A stretch of 64,000 nt of DNA from Bacillota bacterium (GTDB lineage Bacteria > Bacillota > Negativicutes > JBAXTZ01), in the NCBI GenBank assembly GCA_037129925.1, contig JBAXTZ010000001.1:25155-89154 (forward strand). Direction: 5' to 3'. The notes beneath the pieces were generated by a model. That model was not told the origin of the DNA. It saw only the letters and a program-made list of their open reading frames with translations, and did not search any database. Both the position numbers and the translations under genes were made by a program. Shown here piece after piece: positions 41,782 to 51,710 of this stretch (position 1 is its first letter; every line of letters begins with the position of its first letter).

Positions 41782-42189
41782 TTATAGCTTGCTCTGCAAA
41801 TCCGCATGAAGTTTATGCATCAGCGGCGCAAAGACGTTGTGGATATAGTCCACCGTTTCTTCCAACACTGCTTGCTCATAAGCGTGACTGGCAATATTTC
41901 GCTTCTGAATCATCTCCATCCACAGTTCAGCATCGGTAATCAATTCTGCCTGAAATGCCACCCGGATGGTTTGCTTGCTGTTTCTGACCTCATCGTAACC
42001 TTCGTTCTCCAAATAATCTTTCATGGCATTCCAAGCTAGTTCATAAGTAAATTAAAATGCCTGTACCAAAGCAATTTGCGTGATCTCATCATTCGTGTCC
42101 TCTTCATAGCGTGCGATAATCCGGCAAAATGTCGCATAAGCCTTGTCAAAATTTTGGAACCGCTGTTTCCAACGCAAGTTGTTATTCAT
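41782..42189 (-). pseudogene. HI0074-like nucleotidyltransferase-substrate-binding (HEPN/HepT-type) protein, interrupted by a premature TAA
   Basis: ATG at 42189 gives MNNNLRWKQRFQNFDKAYATFCRIIARYEEDTNDEITQIALVQAF, then TAA (42052-42054), then in the same frame FTYELAWNAMKDYLENEGY... to 41782 (the 80-aa track ORF). A GAA-to-TAA change would restore a ~135 aa protein. Confidence 0.55.
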
Positions 42190-42402
42190 ATCGTTTTGAC
42201 CTCTCGCGAATTATTTTCTCTCTAGGGGCAAGGGGGTCTTCCTGCCCTTCCATGCCCGCCAATTCTGGGCCTTGAAACGCATCTATCTTCCCGAAAGTAA
42301 TAGATCCAGTATCCAAGTATTTAATTGTGTCATGCGGAAATGCGGTAGTCATGCTTGCTATATTGGATTTTTTTTACGTCACCGAGTTTGCGCCCTCTCC
42401 AC

Positions 42403-43467
42403 TCACTCATCACACCCACCCTCGCGTCGTAGCTCCAGTCGGGTCTTAGCCTCGACCATCGCCTTATGCAGTTTGGCTTGCAGTATCTCTTTGGGCGGTA
42501 GCTTCAACCAGTACTCACCGATATGAATATTGTCTGGTTCCAGATCCATCAGCTCAACAACTTCGGCATCTTTACCGCCACAAAGGATTATGGCGATGGG
42601 GGATAGTTCGCCAGATTGTTGTTCATGTTTAGCAAGCCATTTAAGATACAACTCCACTTGACCTTTGTAATCAGGTTTGAAGTCGCCAAGTTTAAGTTCT
42701 ATGAGCACTAGTCGTTTAAGCTTGCGATGATAAAAGAGCAGGTCAAGGTAATAGTCGTTGACCCCAATTTGGATGCGCTTCTGACGCCCCATGAAGGCAA
42801 AATCGCTACCCAGCTCAAGAATGAACCGCTCTAATTCTAGTAGAATTGCGTTCTCGAGATCTTTTTCGGTGAAGTTATCTTTGAGATCGAGAAAGTCTAG
42901 TAGATAGGGGTCTTTCAGAAACAGTGTAGGGCTAGCGTCGACTGGCTGCCGCTGTAGTAGCTTTAACTCTTGGAGTATAAGCGCATCTGGCTGTTTGGAG
43001 ATAGCTGTTCTTTCAAATAGCATACTGTCCATACGCTCACGCAGAGTGCGCACAGACCAGCGGCCATCTGTTGCCATCCGGATATAAAACTCGCGTTTGA
43101 TGGCATCATCAGTCTTGATAATTTCCACAAAATGCGACCAACTCAATTGTGCCGACACTGTCGTCACAATTTCAACGTCGGGAAACAGTTGATAGAATTT
43201 TGCCATCCTAAAAAGGTTGCGTTTGCCAAATCCATATCCGTATTCCGCTACTAGCTTCTCGGCTAATATATCCATTGCAGCAGCACCATATTCCGCACGG
43301 CCACCGCCGAGCACTTCTGCCGTAATGGTCTTACCAATGTGCCAATAAGTCAGAGCTAGTGTCTGATTCACTTGAGTAACTACATGCATCCTAGCGGATT
43401 CAATCAACTGTCGGATGTCATGATAGAGCCTGTCAGTCACAGCACCGTGTTCTTTGTTTTGGATCAT
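42403..43467 (-). CDS. DUF1016/YhcG-family PD-(D/E)XK nuclease domain protein
   Basis: 354 aa with an N-terminal DUF1016-like region and C-terminal [24 protein letters not shown] core. Confidence 0.7.
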   Translation of the reverse strand: MIQNKEHGAVTDRLYHDIRQLIESARMHVVTQVNQTLALTYWHIGKTITAEVLGGGRAEYGAAAMDILAEKLVAEYGYGFGKRNLFRMAKFYQLFPDVEIVTTVSAQLSWSHFVEIIKTDDAIKREFYIRMATDGRWSVRTLRERMDSMLFERTAISKQPDALILQELKLLQRQPVDASPTLFLKDPYLLDFLDLKDNFTEKDLENAILLELERFILELGSDFAFMGRQKRIQIGVNDYYLDLLFYHRKLKRLVLIELKLGDFKPDYKGQVELYLKWLAKHEQQSGELSPIAIILCGGKDAEVVELMDLEPDNIHIGEYWLKLPPKEILQAKLHKAMVEAKTRLELRREGGCDE

Positions 43468-43880
43468 ATCTTCACCTTCGTCAGACTCTCAGCAATCAAG
43501 ACATTCAGCCGCGCTTCTTCCACCAGCTGCTCTTCGAACTCCGCTTTCAGCGCCGCAAACCGTTCCTTAAAATCAAAATCATCTTCCTCGTCCGGCAATC
43601 CGACAACGCTGCGTGGCGTGTAGAACGGTCCGCCATTTTTCCCTTCTGCAAGTGCAAACTCGCCGAGAAAATACTCAAATACATGTCCGAGCACATCAGC
43701 GCTGCGGGCTTTGGCATCACCCAACGCGATATTGCCAACCAGATCAATCAGTCCGCCCAGACTTGCCGGATCCAAATTACTGCAGGCAAATACTTTTGGC
43801 AAAACATCTTTCAGCGACGGATTGTCTTTTTCAATCGGTTCTGTTTTTGCTACACCGTCACTCTTTTTTGCCATTAGCAT
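43464..43880 (-). pseudogene. type I restriction-modification methyltransferase (hsdM) remnant with a large internal deletion
   Basis: 138 aa ORF carrying the HsdM N-terminal motifs [31 protein letters not shown], followed directly by an HsdM-like acidic C-terminal tail ([20 protein letters not shown]...). The whole catalytic core (NPPF region) is absent. Confidence 0.55.
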
Positions 43881-44044
43881 CTCCGTTCATTATTTTGCTT
43901 ACTATTCAATGGGCTAATTAATTAAAACCCAAAAACCAAAAAGTATGGTTAATATATTCGCCACGCAATAATAATCCTGCACGCCCGGTAAACAAAAAAA
44001 CAGCAACAAAAATTTACCCGCCGCAAAATATGCGTCAACCTAAA

Positions 44045-45343
44045 TTAGTGAATATCATGCTCTTGCTGACGGATACTGGCATAGTTGAACAAGACATTTA
44101 GCACTATCGCCGTCAGTGAGCCGACGACTACGCCGCTGCCGGTTAGCACGCCGCACCATTCCGGCAGTTTTTCAAATGCTTGTGGCGTAACCGAAACACC
44201 GATACCGATAACTATCGCACTACCGGCGATAATCATATTATTCACGTCCTCTAACCCGGCTTTGGCGATCTGTTTGACCCCGGCCATTGCCACCATGCCA
44301 AACATCAACAACATTGCGCCACCGAGCACTGCCGCCGGCACCGCCAGCACTAACGCGGCGATTTTTGGCAAAAAGCTCATAATAATCATGATTATTCCGG
44401 CATAGACTACCACTGCCACCCGGGTGACTTTGGTCAATTGAATCAGCCCGACGTTTTGGTTGAAAGTCGTCTTGGAAAACGAATTGAACAACGCCGCAAA
44501 GATGATTGCCAGCCCCTCGGCGCGAAAACCACGCGCCAACGCCGGTTTAGTCGCCTTTTTGCCGCACATTTCACTCAATATCATAAACACGCTGACTGAT
44601 TCCACCTGGACAATCAACGCGATTACGCACATCGTGATTATCGGCATCAACACAAATTTGGGCATTCCAAAGGCCAGCGGCGCGACTGCGCTAAACCAAC
44701 CGGCGTTCGTTACCGGACTAAAATCCACATAACCGGCAATCGCCGCAACTATCGTCCCGACGATTAAACCAATCAAGATGGAAATAGCTTGCAAAAATCC
44801 TTTTAGATAACGATTACACAACACGACGACGACAAACGTCAGCAATCCTAGCACAATGTTGTGCGTCAGACCATAACCGGGCGAACCCAAGCCCCCGGCG
44901 ATATTATTTAGCGCGACCGGCGCGAGTGAAGTGCCGATTATTGTCAGCACCGACCCGATAACCACCGGCGGAAACAACGGCGACAACCGGCTGAAAAACG
45001 GCGCGTTCAAGAATACAAATAGCCCGGAAACGATCATCGCGCCGATTGCGGCCTGAAAATCGTATTGCAAGCCGATGGCGATTAGCGGCGAAACGACCGG
45101 AAAGGCACTGCCCAAAACAACCGGCAACCGGATACCAATGCCTTTGAACTTGAGCGTCTGGAGAATCGTCGCCACTCCTGATGCCAGCAAATCCGCTGCA
45201 ATCAGCAGCGCCATTTGCGACGGATTAAACTTGAGCGCCGCGCCGATAATCAGCGGCACGACTACCGAGCCGGCATACATTGCCAGCAGGTGTTGCAGTC
45301 CGAGACTGAAATCACGGACGGAATTCGACTTTTGCATATACAC
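44045..45343 (-). CDS. NCS2 family nucleobase:cation symporter (uracil/xanthine permease-like)
   Basis: 432 aa polytopic protein with the LGLQHLLAMYAGSVVVPLIIG motif typical of UraA/PbuX. Confidence 0.8.
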   Translation of the reverse strand: MYMQKSNSVRDFSLGLQHLLAMYAGSVVVPLIIGAALKFNPSQMALLIAADLLASGVATILQTLKFKGIGIRLPVVLGSAFPVVSPLIAIGLQYDFQAAIGAMIVSGLFVFLNAPFFSRLSPLFPPVVIGSVLTIIGTSLAPVALNNIAGGLGSPGYGLTHNIVLGLLTFVVVVLCNRYLKGFLQAISILIGLIVGTIVAAIAGYVDFSPVTNAGWFSAVAPLAFGMPKFVLMPIITMCVIALIVQVESVSVFMILSEMCGKKATKPALARGFRAEGLAIIFAALFNSFSKTTFNQNVGLIQLTKVTRVAVVVYAGIIMIIMSFLPKIAALVLAVPAAVLGGAMLLMFGMVAMAGVKQIAKAGLEDVNNMIIAGSAIVIGIGVSVTPQAFEKLPEWCGVLTGSGVVVGSLTAIVLNVLFNYASIRQQEHDIH

Positions 45344-45360
45344 CCCTGTTTTTCGACAGT

Positions 45361-48300
45361 TTATTTAGTCAACTTAATAGTAAATATTTCAAACGGCTGC
45401 AAGTCAATCGTAAGCTCACCGTTGGCGATTGTTAGAATTCTAAGGTCATTCCACTCCATTAAATCGGTTTCGCAAGCTTCGGCGAAACTTGGCGCTGCCA
45501 ACTTCACTATTGTCTTCTTGCCATACGGTTCGTAAATACGCACGATAATAGCCTTTGATTTTTCGGCTTTTTTAACGACTTCAACAATCGCTTCGCCGCT
45601 CATTAGCCGAACTGCGGAATCAAACTCAACCTTACCCGGTAACACCCGGGCTTTTTGGTTGAGTTGCGCTGCTTCGGCAATTACTGACGAGTCGTCCAGA
45701 TTTTCATTATGCGGCAATAACGCGTAATGGAACTGATGCTGGCCAATATCGGCTTCCGGGTCGGGATTGTTTGGCGCCCGCAACAAGCTCAGTTCAATTT
45801 TGTTCTCGTGGATACGATGGCCGTACTTGCAGTCATTTATCAAGGCGACACCGTAATCTTTGTTTGCCAAATCGACCCAGCGATGACCGCATACTTCAAA
45901 CTGGGCGTATTCCCAGGAGGTATTATCATGCGTCGCCCGCTGGACATTGCCATATTGAATTTCGAAAGTAGCTTGTTCAGTTTCAACCGCCACTTCAAAT
46001 TCCACTTTGAGCAATTTGTGTTTTTCCTGCCAGTCGGCGAGCGTACAGAATTCCAAGCGTTTGGAGTTGCCTTGCAACATCACATATTGCGTTAAAGTAG
46101 AATTTCCTACCACAAAATCCAACTGGGCGACTTTGGCGATATAGCTATCGGAAAGTATAGTTATTGCCTGGCAATGAGCGGTGTCGCGCTGCTGGCGCTC
46201 ATAATACCTGTCAATATCCCAGGCATCCCAGTCCGCCGGAAAATCTACATAGAGATTGAGGACATTGCCGCGCATTCCCTGCGGGATAAAGGCGTAGTCG
46301 GCTTGCTTATCATAACCATATACTACTTGACCATCTGCCTCGATGTCGTAACGCACGAGGGCGTTTTCGAATACTAGCGGAGTTCTGGCGGTTGGCGGTT
46401 GGCTGTTAGCGGCTGGCGGGCTACCAGCGGCTAGCGGGCTACCAGCGGCTAGCGGGCTACCAGCGGCTAGCGGCTGGCGGCTTGCAGCTGCCGCGCCTTT
46501 ATACAACGTAATAGCGCTCAACCCGGGGATAGTTGGCATTACATAAACGAATTGCGAACATTCGGCTGATTCTAGCTGCGTTCCGTCAGCAGTCAGGACG
46601 GCGTGCCCTTTCCAGCTGCCCGGCAAGGTGACTTCACGCGTGTAGGCGCTCGATAGTGTGTTAATAACGGTTACACAATCTTCATTATTATCCGAAGCAA
46701 GCTTTATGAACCGCTCGATTAGCTCCTGGCATTTTTCCAGCATCCGCGCGTAATCACGGCGACTGTCGACATAGACCCGGTTAACGCTGGAGCCGGGAAT
46801 AATATCATGGAATTGGTTCATCAGCACTTCTTTCCAAAGCGCATCCAGTTCGGCTTGCGGATAGTTATCAACCGGCAACGCCGAATACAGCGCCTCTAAC
46901 TCGCGCAAGTTCAATTCCATAGTGCGGTTCATCTTCTTGTTAAACGCCTGTGTGGTCAAAGTACCGCGATGCAGTTCCAAATATAACTCACCGCGCCAGT
47001 AATCCAGCTCAGCGGCGCTTTCGTCGAGCCGGTCGAGCATTTTCTGGGCGCTGTCAAAACGAACCTTCGGCGTGCCTTCGAGATTCCGCATCCTCAAGCC
47101 CCGTTCGATGAACTCCTCGCGCGGTCCACCGCCACCGTCACCGATGCCAAACAGCGTCAAGAAGTTATCGACCACCGCTTTTTCCTGGAAATTTTCCTCG
47201 GCGTACATCAACCGGTCGGCTTTTAGAGCGCTGTTATAGGTATCTTCGGGCGGGAAATGAGTGAGGACGCTTGAGCCATCGATGCCCTGCCAGAAAAAGG
47301 TATGATGAGGAAATTTGTTAAACTGGTTCCAACTGATTTTTTGGGTGACGAAATAATCGACACCGGCTTTTTTCAAAATCTGCGGTAACGCCGCGCTATA
47401 GCCAAATACGTCCGGCAACCACAGATTGCGGACATTTACGCCAAATTCATCCATGAAATAGTTTTTGCCATGCAGAACTTGCCGCACCAGCGATTCGCCG
47501 CCAGACAGGTTGCAGTCGGCTTCGACCCACATCGCGCCCTGAACTTCCCATTTGCGGTCGCGAATTTTGTCTTTGATGCGACTATATAATTTCGGATAGT
47601 TTTCCTTGGTCATCGCGTAGTGCTGGGCTTGGGAAGCGCCAAAGATATATTCCGGATACTTATCGTTTAGCATAACTTGCGCCGAAAAAGTCCGCGCGCA
47701 TTTACGGATAGTCTCTTCATACGGCCACAGCCAAGCAGTATCGATGTGCGCGTGACCAACACACCAGGCCGTTAAAGCACTGTCGTTGGCGCGTTTTTCC
47801 AGTTCCGGACGGAGCAAATCGCGGCATTTACGGATGGTTTCCGGGTCGAATTCCAGAATATCAATCGCGTTATTTAGCGCGTGCAGAATCCGGTCGCGAC
47901 GGACTGATTTCGCCGGTAACGCCTGTGACAGCGCGAACAACGTTTCAATGTCGAGATGCAGCGACCAAATATCCTTCCGCCAAATCGCCAAGCTTAACTT
48001 ATCGACTGTGGCTTTATGGTGTCCAAGTTTAGTCGGAATATCGCCGCTGACATACGGGTCAACATTAATCCCATACATCAACGAAACTGATGCTTCAAGC
48101 CAAAGCTCGACCGCTTCGCCGCCAGCAGAACGCTCAAACAATTCTACCCGCTCGCGTTTGATACTCTGATCCCATTCCGAATAAGCGGTAATACAAGTGA
48201 ACGGCATTCCCTCAGTATCAAAAACCGTGCCTTCAGCGCAAATGTGTAGCAGCGCCACCACGTGTTGATTTTTCCATGCTGCCGGAACAACTCCTTGTAA

Positions 48301-48528
48301 ATGAAACCAGGCATGATCCCAGGATTTGCCAAAATTTTCGCCCCAGGTGTCACCAGCAGCAACCGGACTATAGTCGCCGGTTAATCGGTTGTCGAACGCA
48401 ACAATTCCATCGCCAAAATTACAGACCTCTGCCTGTAACGGTCGGGCATCCTCGTAAAAATGGCGCTCCAAATAGCCCAAAATCTTTGTCACTCGTTTTT
48501 CATGCAGTTCACGTGACCTTCTAATCAT
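45361..48528 (-). CDS. glycoside hydrolase family 38 alpha-mannosidase
   Basis: 1055 aa with the GH38 N-terminal catalytic-domain pattern (HAHIDTAWLW...) and a central and C-terminal beta-sandwich. Carries an in-frame low-complexity insert, (PLAAGS)n. Confidence 0.85.
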   Translation of the reverse strand: MIRRSRELHEKRVTKILGYLERHFYEDARPLQAEVCNFGDGIVAFDNRLTGDYSPVAAGDTWGENFGKSWDHAWFHLQGVVPAAWKNQHVVALLHICAEGTVFDTEGMPFTCITAYSEWDQSIKRERVELFERSAGGEAVELWLEASVSLMYGINVDPYVSGDIPTKLGHHKATVDKLSLAIWRKDIWSLHLDIETLFALSQALPAKSVRRDRILHALNNAIDILEFDPETIRKCRDLLRPELEKRANDSALTAWCVGHAHIDTAWLWPYEETIRKCARTFSAQVMLNDKYPEYIFGASQAQHYAMTKENYPKLYSRIKDKIRDRKWEVQGAMWVEADCNLSGGESLVRQVLHGKNYFMDEFGVNVRNLWLPDVFGYSAALPQILKKAGVDYFVTQKISWNQFNKFPHHTFFWQGIDGSSVLTHFPPEDTYNSALKADRLMYAEENFQEKAVVDNFLTLFGIGDGGGGPREEFIERGLRMRNLEGTPKVRFDSAQKMLDRLDESAAELDYWRGELYLELHRGTLTTQAFNKKMNRTMELNLRELEALYSALPVDNYPQAELDALWKEVLMNQFHDIIPGSSVNRVYVDSRRDYARMLEKCQELIERFIKLASDNNEDCVTVINTLSSAYTREVTLPGSWKGHAVLTADGTQLESAECSQFVYVMPTIPGLSAITLYKGAAAASRQPLAAGSPLAAGSPLAAGSPPAANSQPPTARTPLVFENALVRYDIEADGQVVYGYDKQADYAFIPQGMRGNVLNLYVDFPADWDAWDIDRYYERQQRDTAHCQAITILSDSYIAKVAQLDFVVGNSTLTQYVMLQGNSKRLEFCTLADWQEKHKLLKVEFEVAVETEQATFEIQYGNVQRATHDNTSWEYAQFEVCGHRWVDLANKDYGVALINDCKYGHRIHENKIELSLLRAPNNPDPEADIGQHQFHYALLPHNENLDDSSVIAEAAQLNQKARVLPGKVEFDSAVRLMSGEAIVEVVKKAEKSKAIIVRIYEPYGKKTIVKLAAPSFAEACETDLMEWNDLRILTIANGELTIDLQPFEIFTIKLTK
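46385..46494. repeat. 7-nt-period CTGGCGG-type repeat plus 3 x 18-nt tandem repeat, in-frame inside the GH38 gene
   Basis: Heptads CTGGCGG, TTGGCGG, TTGGCTG, TTAGCGG, CTGGCGG. Then three perfect copies of gctaccagcggctagcgg. Then CTGGCGG, CTTGCAG, CTGCCGC. The related heptad array is at 57772-57841. Confidence 0.65.
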
Positions 48529-48696
48529 TTTCGCTCCTATTTATTGTTTTATTCGAAATTCGCGGACAAAATAATTGTGAATATTATACACTATTTTTAG
48601 CGGGATAGGCATAGCCATTATCAAATTATGGCACTTGCTTTGCTTCTTCTATTAGTGAATGGTTTCCACATCAAAATAGTGGACCAACTGAAATTG

Positions 48697-48724
48697 AAAA
48701 ACGGCGCCAATTAAGGCACCGTTT
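48697..48724 (-). terminator. rho-independent terminator of the PTS EIIC gene
   Basis: Minus strand reads AACGGUGCC, a 6-nt loop, GGCGCCGUU, then a U-run. The stem is 9 bp with one G-U pair. Confidence 0.55.
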
Positions 48725-48780
48725 GATTAACTTTTACTCCACCGACCATACAATAATAGTCGTCACCGTTTCAAAATCAA

Positions 48781-50061
48781 CTAGTCTTTTTGTCGATTAA
48801 TCGCCGCGACAAACGGCAAATAAATAACTATCGAAATTGCCAGATTGACGATTGCCAACACGGCGCCAGAGATATGGCCGCCAGTTGCCAGATAACCGCC
48901 GAACCCGACCGGCGTTACCCATGGCACCGTTGCCACTATCGGGAATACCAATCCGGATTGAATCGCTAAATACGAAACCGTTGCCGTTATCAGCGGCGTT
49001 ATGATAAACGGTAGCACCAGCATCGGGTTTAGCACTATCGGCGTGCCAAAAATAACCGGTTCGTTAATTTGAAACACACCCGGTGCAATTGCCAATTCGG
49101 CAATCTCGCGTTGTTTTTTTGAAGCTAGAAATATCGCAATCAAGAATCCCAGCGTACAACCAGCGCCACCCATGTACACAAATACATCGAGGAAACTGCC
49201 GGCAAAGACGTGGTACTTGGACAAATCGGTAACACCGGCGGCATACAGGTTAGTGTTTTCCACACCCAGCAACGTGGTTATCGGCGTGATAATCCCGCCG
49301 AAAATATTCGAACCGTGCAAACCAAAAAACCAGAACAGATGCACAAAAAATACAATCGTCAATACTGCCGGCAGGCTGTCCGCCATACCGCTAAACGGTT
49401 TTACCAGTACTTCGTTAATCCACTCGTTAAAATAAATCCCGTTGGTACCAAGATTAGAGCGGAAAATCATCCCTGCTAGCGCAAAAATAAAGATGGTCAT
49501 CATTCCCGGTAGCAACTTGGCAAACGCCCGCGCTACCGCCGGCGGCACGCCGTCTGGCATTTTTATCGTTAACTTCTTTATTTTGGACAAGCGGATAAAA
49601 ATTTCTGTGGCTACCAAGCCGACAAACATCGCCGTAAATAGCGCAGTTGCGCTAAACGAGCCCCAGCTGACCAATCCCCAGCCCTCTTTTGTGCCTTGCG
49701 GAATCAACACAAAAAAACAAGCCGCGGCGATAACCATCGCCTCGCGTCCGTCATCGCCATAAGACTTCGCCAAGTTGAAGGCAATGCCAAACAGCGCAAA
49801 AACTGCCATAAACGCAAATGTTCCCCACCAAATATCCAAGCCGAGCGTTTTCCAAGCCTCACCAAATAATGTTTTGGCTAAGGCATCGTAACCCGGAATT
49901 ACCGGTCCAAGATTGCAGAGCAATACCGCGAACGAACCAATCATCGTGACCGCGATCATGCTAATCAGCGCATCCCGCACCGCTATCAGATGACGCTGAC
50001 CGCCCACTTTAGCAGCGATTGGCAATAAGTGCAGTTCGATTAAATCCATGAATTTTTGCAT
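48781..50061 (-). CDS. PTS system EIIC component, lactose/cellobiose family
   Basis: MQKFMDLIELHLLPIAAKVGGQRHLIAVRDAL... N-terminus characteristic of CelB-type EIIC, with about 10 TM helices. No EIIA or EIIB gene is adjacent. Confidence 0.8.
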   Translation of the reverse strand: MQKFMDLIELHLLPIAAKVGGQRHLIAVRDALISMIAVTMIGSFAVLLCNLGPVIPGYDALAKTLFGEAWKTLGLDIWWGTFAFMAVFALFGIAFNLAKSYGDDGREAMVIAAACFFVLIPQGTKEGWGLVSWGSFSATALFTAMFVGLVATEIFIRLSKIKKLTIKMPDGVPPAVARAFAKLLPGMMTIFIFALAGMIFRSNLGTNGIYFNEWINEVLVKPFSGMADSLPAVLTIVFFVHLFWFFGLHGSNIFGGIITPITTLLGVENTNLYAAGVTDLSKYHVFAGSFLDVFVYMGGAGCTLGFLIAIFLASKKQREIAELAIAPGVFQINEPVIFGTPIVLNPMLVLPFIITPLITATVSYLAIQSGLVFPIVATVPWVTPVGFGGYLATGGHISGAVLAIVNLAISIVIYLPFVAAINRQKD

Positions 50062-50099
50062 TACTATTCTCACTTTCAATGATGTTTAATGGGAGAAAA

Positions 50100-50200
50100 G
50101 TGAAAAGTGAAAGGTGAAGTAGTTATCCCCCACCAACCTTTCACCTTGTACCTTTAACCTTTAGCTTTTATCATTTATCTTTTAACCATTAACTTTGAAC
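50100..50200 (-). terminator. hairpin with tandem GTGAAAA repeats downstream of the purine permease gene
   Basis: An 8-bp stem (gtgaaagg / cctttcac) with a 22-nt loop, followed on the minus strand by the T-rich ttttcacttttc. Also carries gtgaaaa direct repeats upstream of the EIIC gene. Confidence 0.35.
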
Positions 50201-50203
50201 CTT

Positions 50204-51499
50204 TTACTGATAAATAAACTGAATTACAAACAGCACCGCGAAGAAATACAGTATCGGACTGACGGTTTTGCCTTTACCGGTTGCCAAGCGTAGCACCACG
50301 TATGTGATGATACCCATACCAACGCCGTTGGCAACGCTATAACTAAGCGGAATGCCAACCAATGTCACAAAAGCGGCAATTGATTCTTCCATTGACTTGC
50401 CCCAGTTGATTTCGGCGATACTTAGGGTCATGAAGTAGGCTACCAACAACAAGGCTGGAGCCGTTATTGCTGGAACCGATGCTACTGCCATCGCCAATGG
50501 CTGAAAGAACAAGCAGGCTAGGAAGAAAATCGCCGCGAAGATTGATGTCAATCCAGTACGACCACCAGCAGCAATACCGGCGCCGGATTCGACATATACC
50601 GCCGACGGGCTAGTACCAAGTATTCCGGCAAATATTGACATAACTGAGTCCGACAAAAATGCCGGCTTGGCGCGTTCAATCTTGCCGTCTTTTAACAATT
50701 TTGCTTGGGTACATAATCCAAGCAACGTTCCGGTCGTATCAAACAACAGGATTAGCAGCAATACCAATACGCTGAAAATTACCTGTAAATTGGCAAAAGC
50801 CGAAAAGTCCAGTTGCATGAAGGTCGTGGCAAAACCACGCGGTATGTCAATAATGCTTGCCGGCAACACCAGCACGCCCACACCCCATGACATTGCGGCA
50901 GTTGCGATCATACCAATGAATATCGCACCGGGAATGTTGCGCACCAACAGTATTGCGGTAATAAGAAAGCCGAACATCGTCAAATATACAGTCGGTGAGT
51001 GCAGGTTGCCAAGACCGACAATCGTACCGGCATCGCCGACGATAACCTTGGCAGCTGACAAGCCGATGATACCGATAAATAAGCCCAATCCGGCAACAAT
51101 CGCGTGTTTAAGATTGTCCGGAATGGCATCAATAAGCTTAGTTCGAATTTGCGACATCGAAATCAAGGTAAACAGGATGCCGGTTACAAAAATAACCGCC
51201 ATACCGGCTTGCCAGGTGATTTTTTGTTTCAAGACAATCGAGAACACGAAGAAGGCTAACGTACCCATACCCGGTGCAATCGCCATCGGATAGTTACTAG
51301 ACATACCGATGAGCGCTGTGCCAAATGCGGCAATCAAAATCGTTGCCAAATAACTGCCTTCAATCGGCATCCCCGTCATATGCAACAAATTTGGTACCAC
51401 AACCAGAACATAGCACATTGAAACGAAAGTGGTCAGACCGGCGACTAATTCGCGACCAGTTGTCGTTCCATGGGCTTTTAATTTAAAAAATTTGTCCAT
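50204..51499 (-). CDS. NCS2/AzgA family purine (adenine/guanine/hypoxanthine) permease
   Basis: MDKFFKLKAHGTTTGRELVAGLTTF N-terminus diagnostic of the AzgA/PbuG/GhxP group, 431 aa. Confidence 0.8.
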   Translation of the reverse strand: MDKFFKLKAHGTTTGRELVAGLTTFVSMCYVLVVVPNLLHMTGMPIEGSYLATILIAAFGTALIGMSSNYPMAIAPGMGTLAFFVFSIVLKQKITWQAGMAVIFVTGILFTLISMSQIRTKLIDAIPDNLKHAIVAGLGLFIGIIGLSAAKVIVGDAGTIVGLGNLHSPTVYLTMFGFLITAILLVRNIPGAIFIGMIATAAMSWGVGVLVLPASIIDIPRGFATTFMQLDFSAFANLQVIFSVLVLLLILLFDTTGTLLGLCTQAKLLKDGKIERAKPAFLSDSVMSIFAGILGTSPSAVYVESGAGIAAGGRTGLTSIFAAIFFLACLFFQPLAMAVASVPAITAPALLLVAYFMTLSIAEINWGKSMEESIAAFVTLVGIPLSYSVANGVGMGIITYVVLRLATGKGKTVSPILYFFAVLFVIQFIYQ

Positions 51500-51710
51500 G
51501 TTTTACTCCTATCAATAAATTTACTAGCGTATTATACATAAACACTCCACTATCCGCAAGTAAAAATCCTTAATATAGTTTTAATACAAAATAGAAAAAG
51601 TTTGGCATCCAGTTTGTTGACGAATCGTATCTGCCATAGCAGGAATTTTCGCTCGTTTGGCGAATAACTACTATATAATTGCCAACCTAATAAATTTTTC
51701 GGGAGGTTCC

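Noticed and set aside
46420-46473. Three perfect 18-nt tandem repeats; considered a CRISPR-like array
   Set aside because: The units are directly adjacent with no spacers, lie inside an ORF where they encode PLAAGS repeats, and no cas genes are present.
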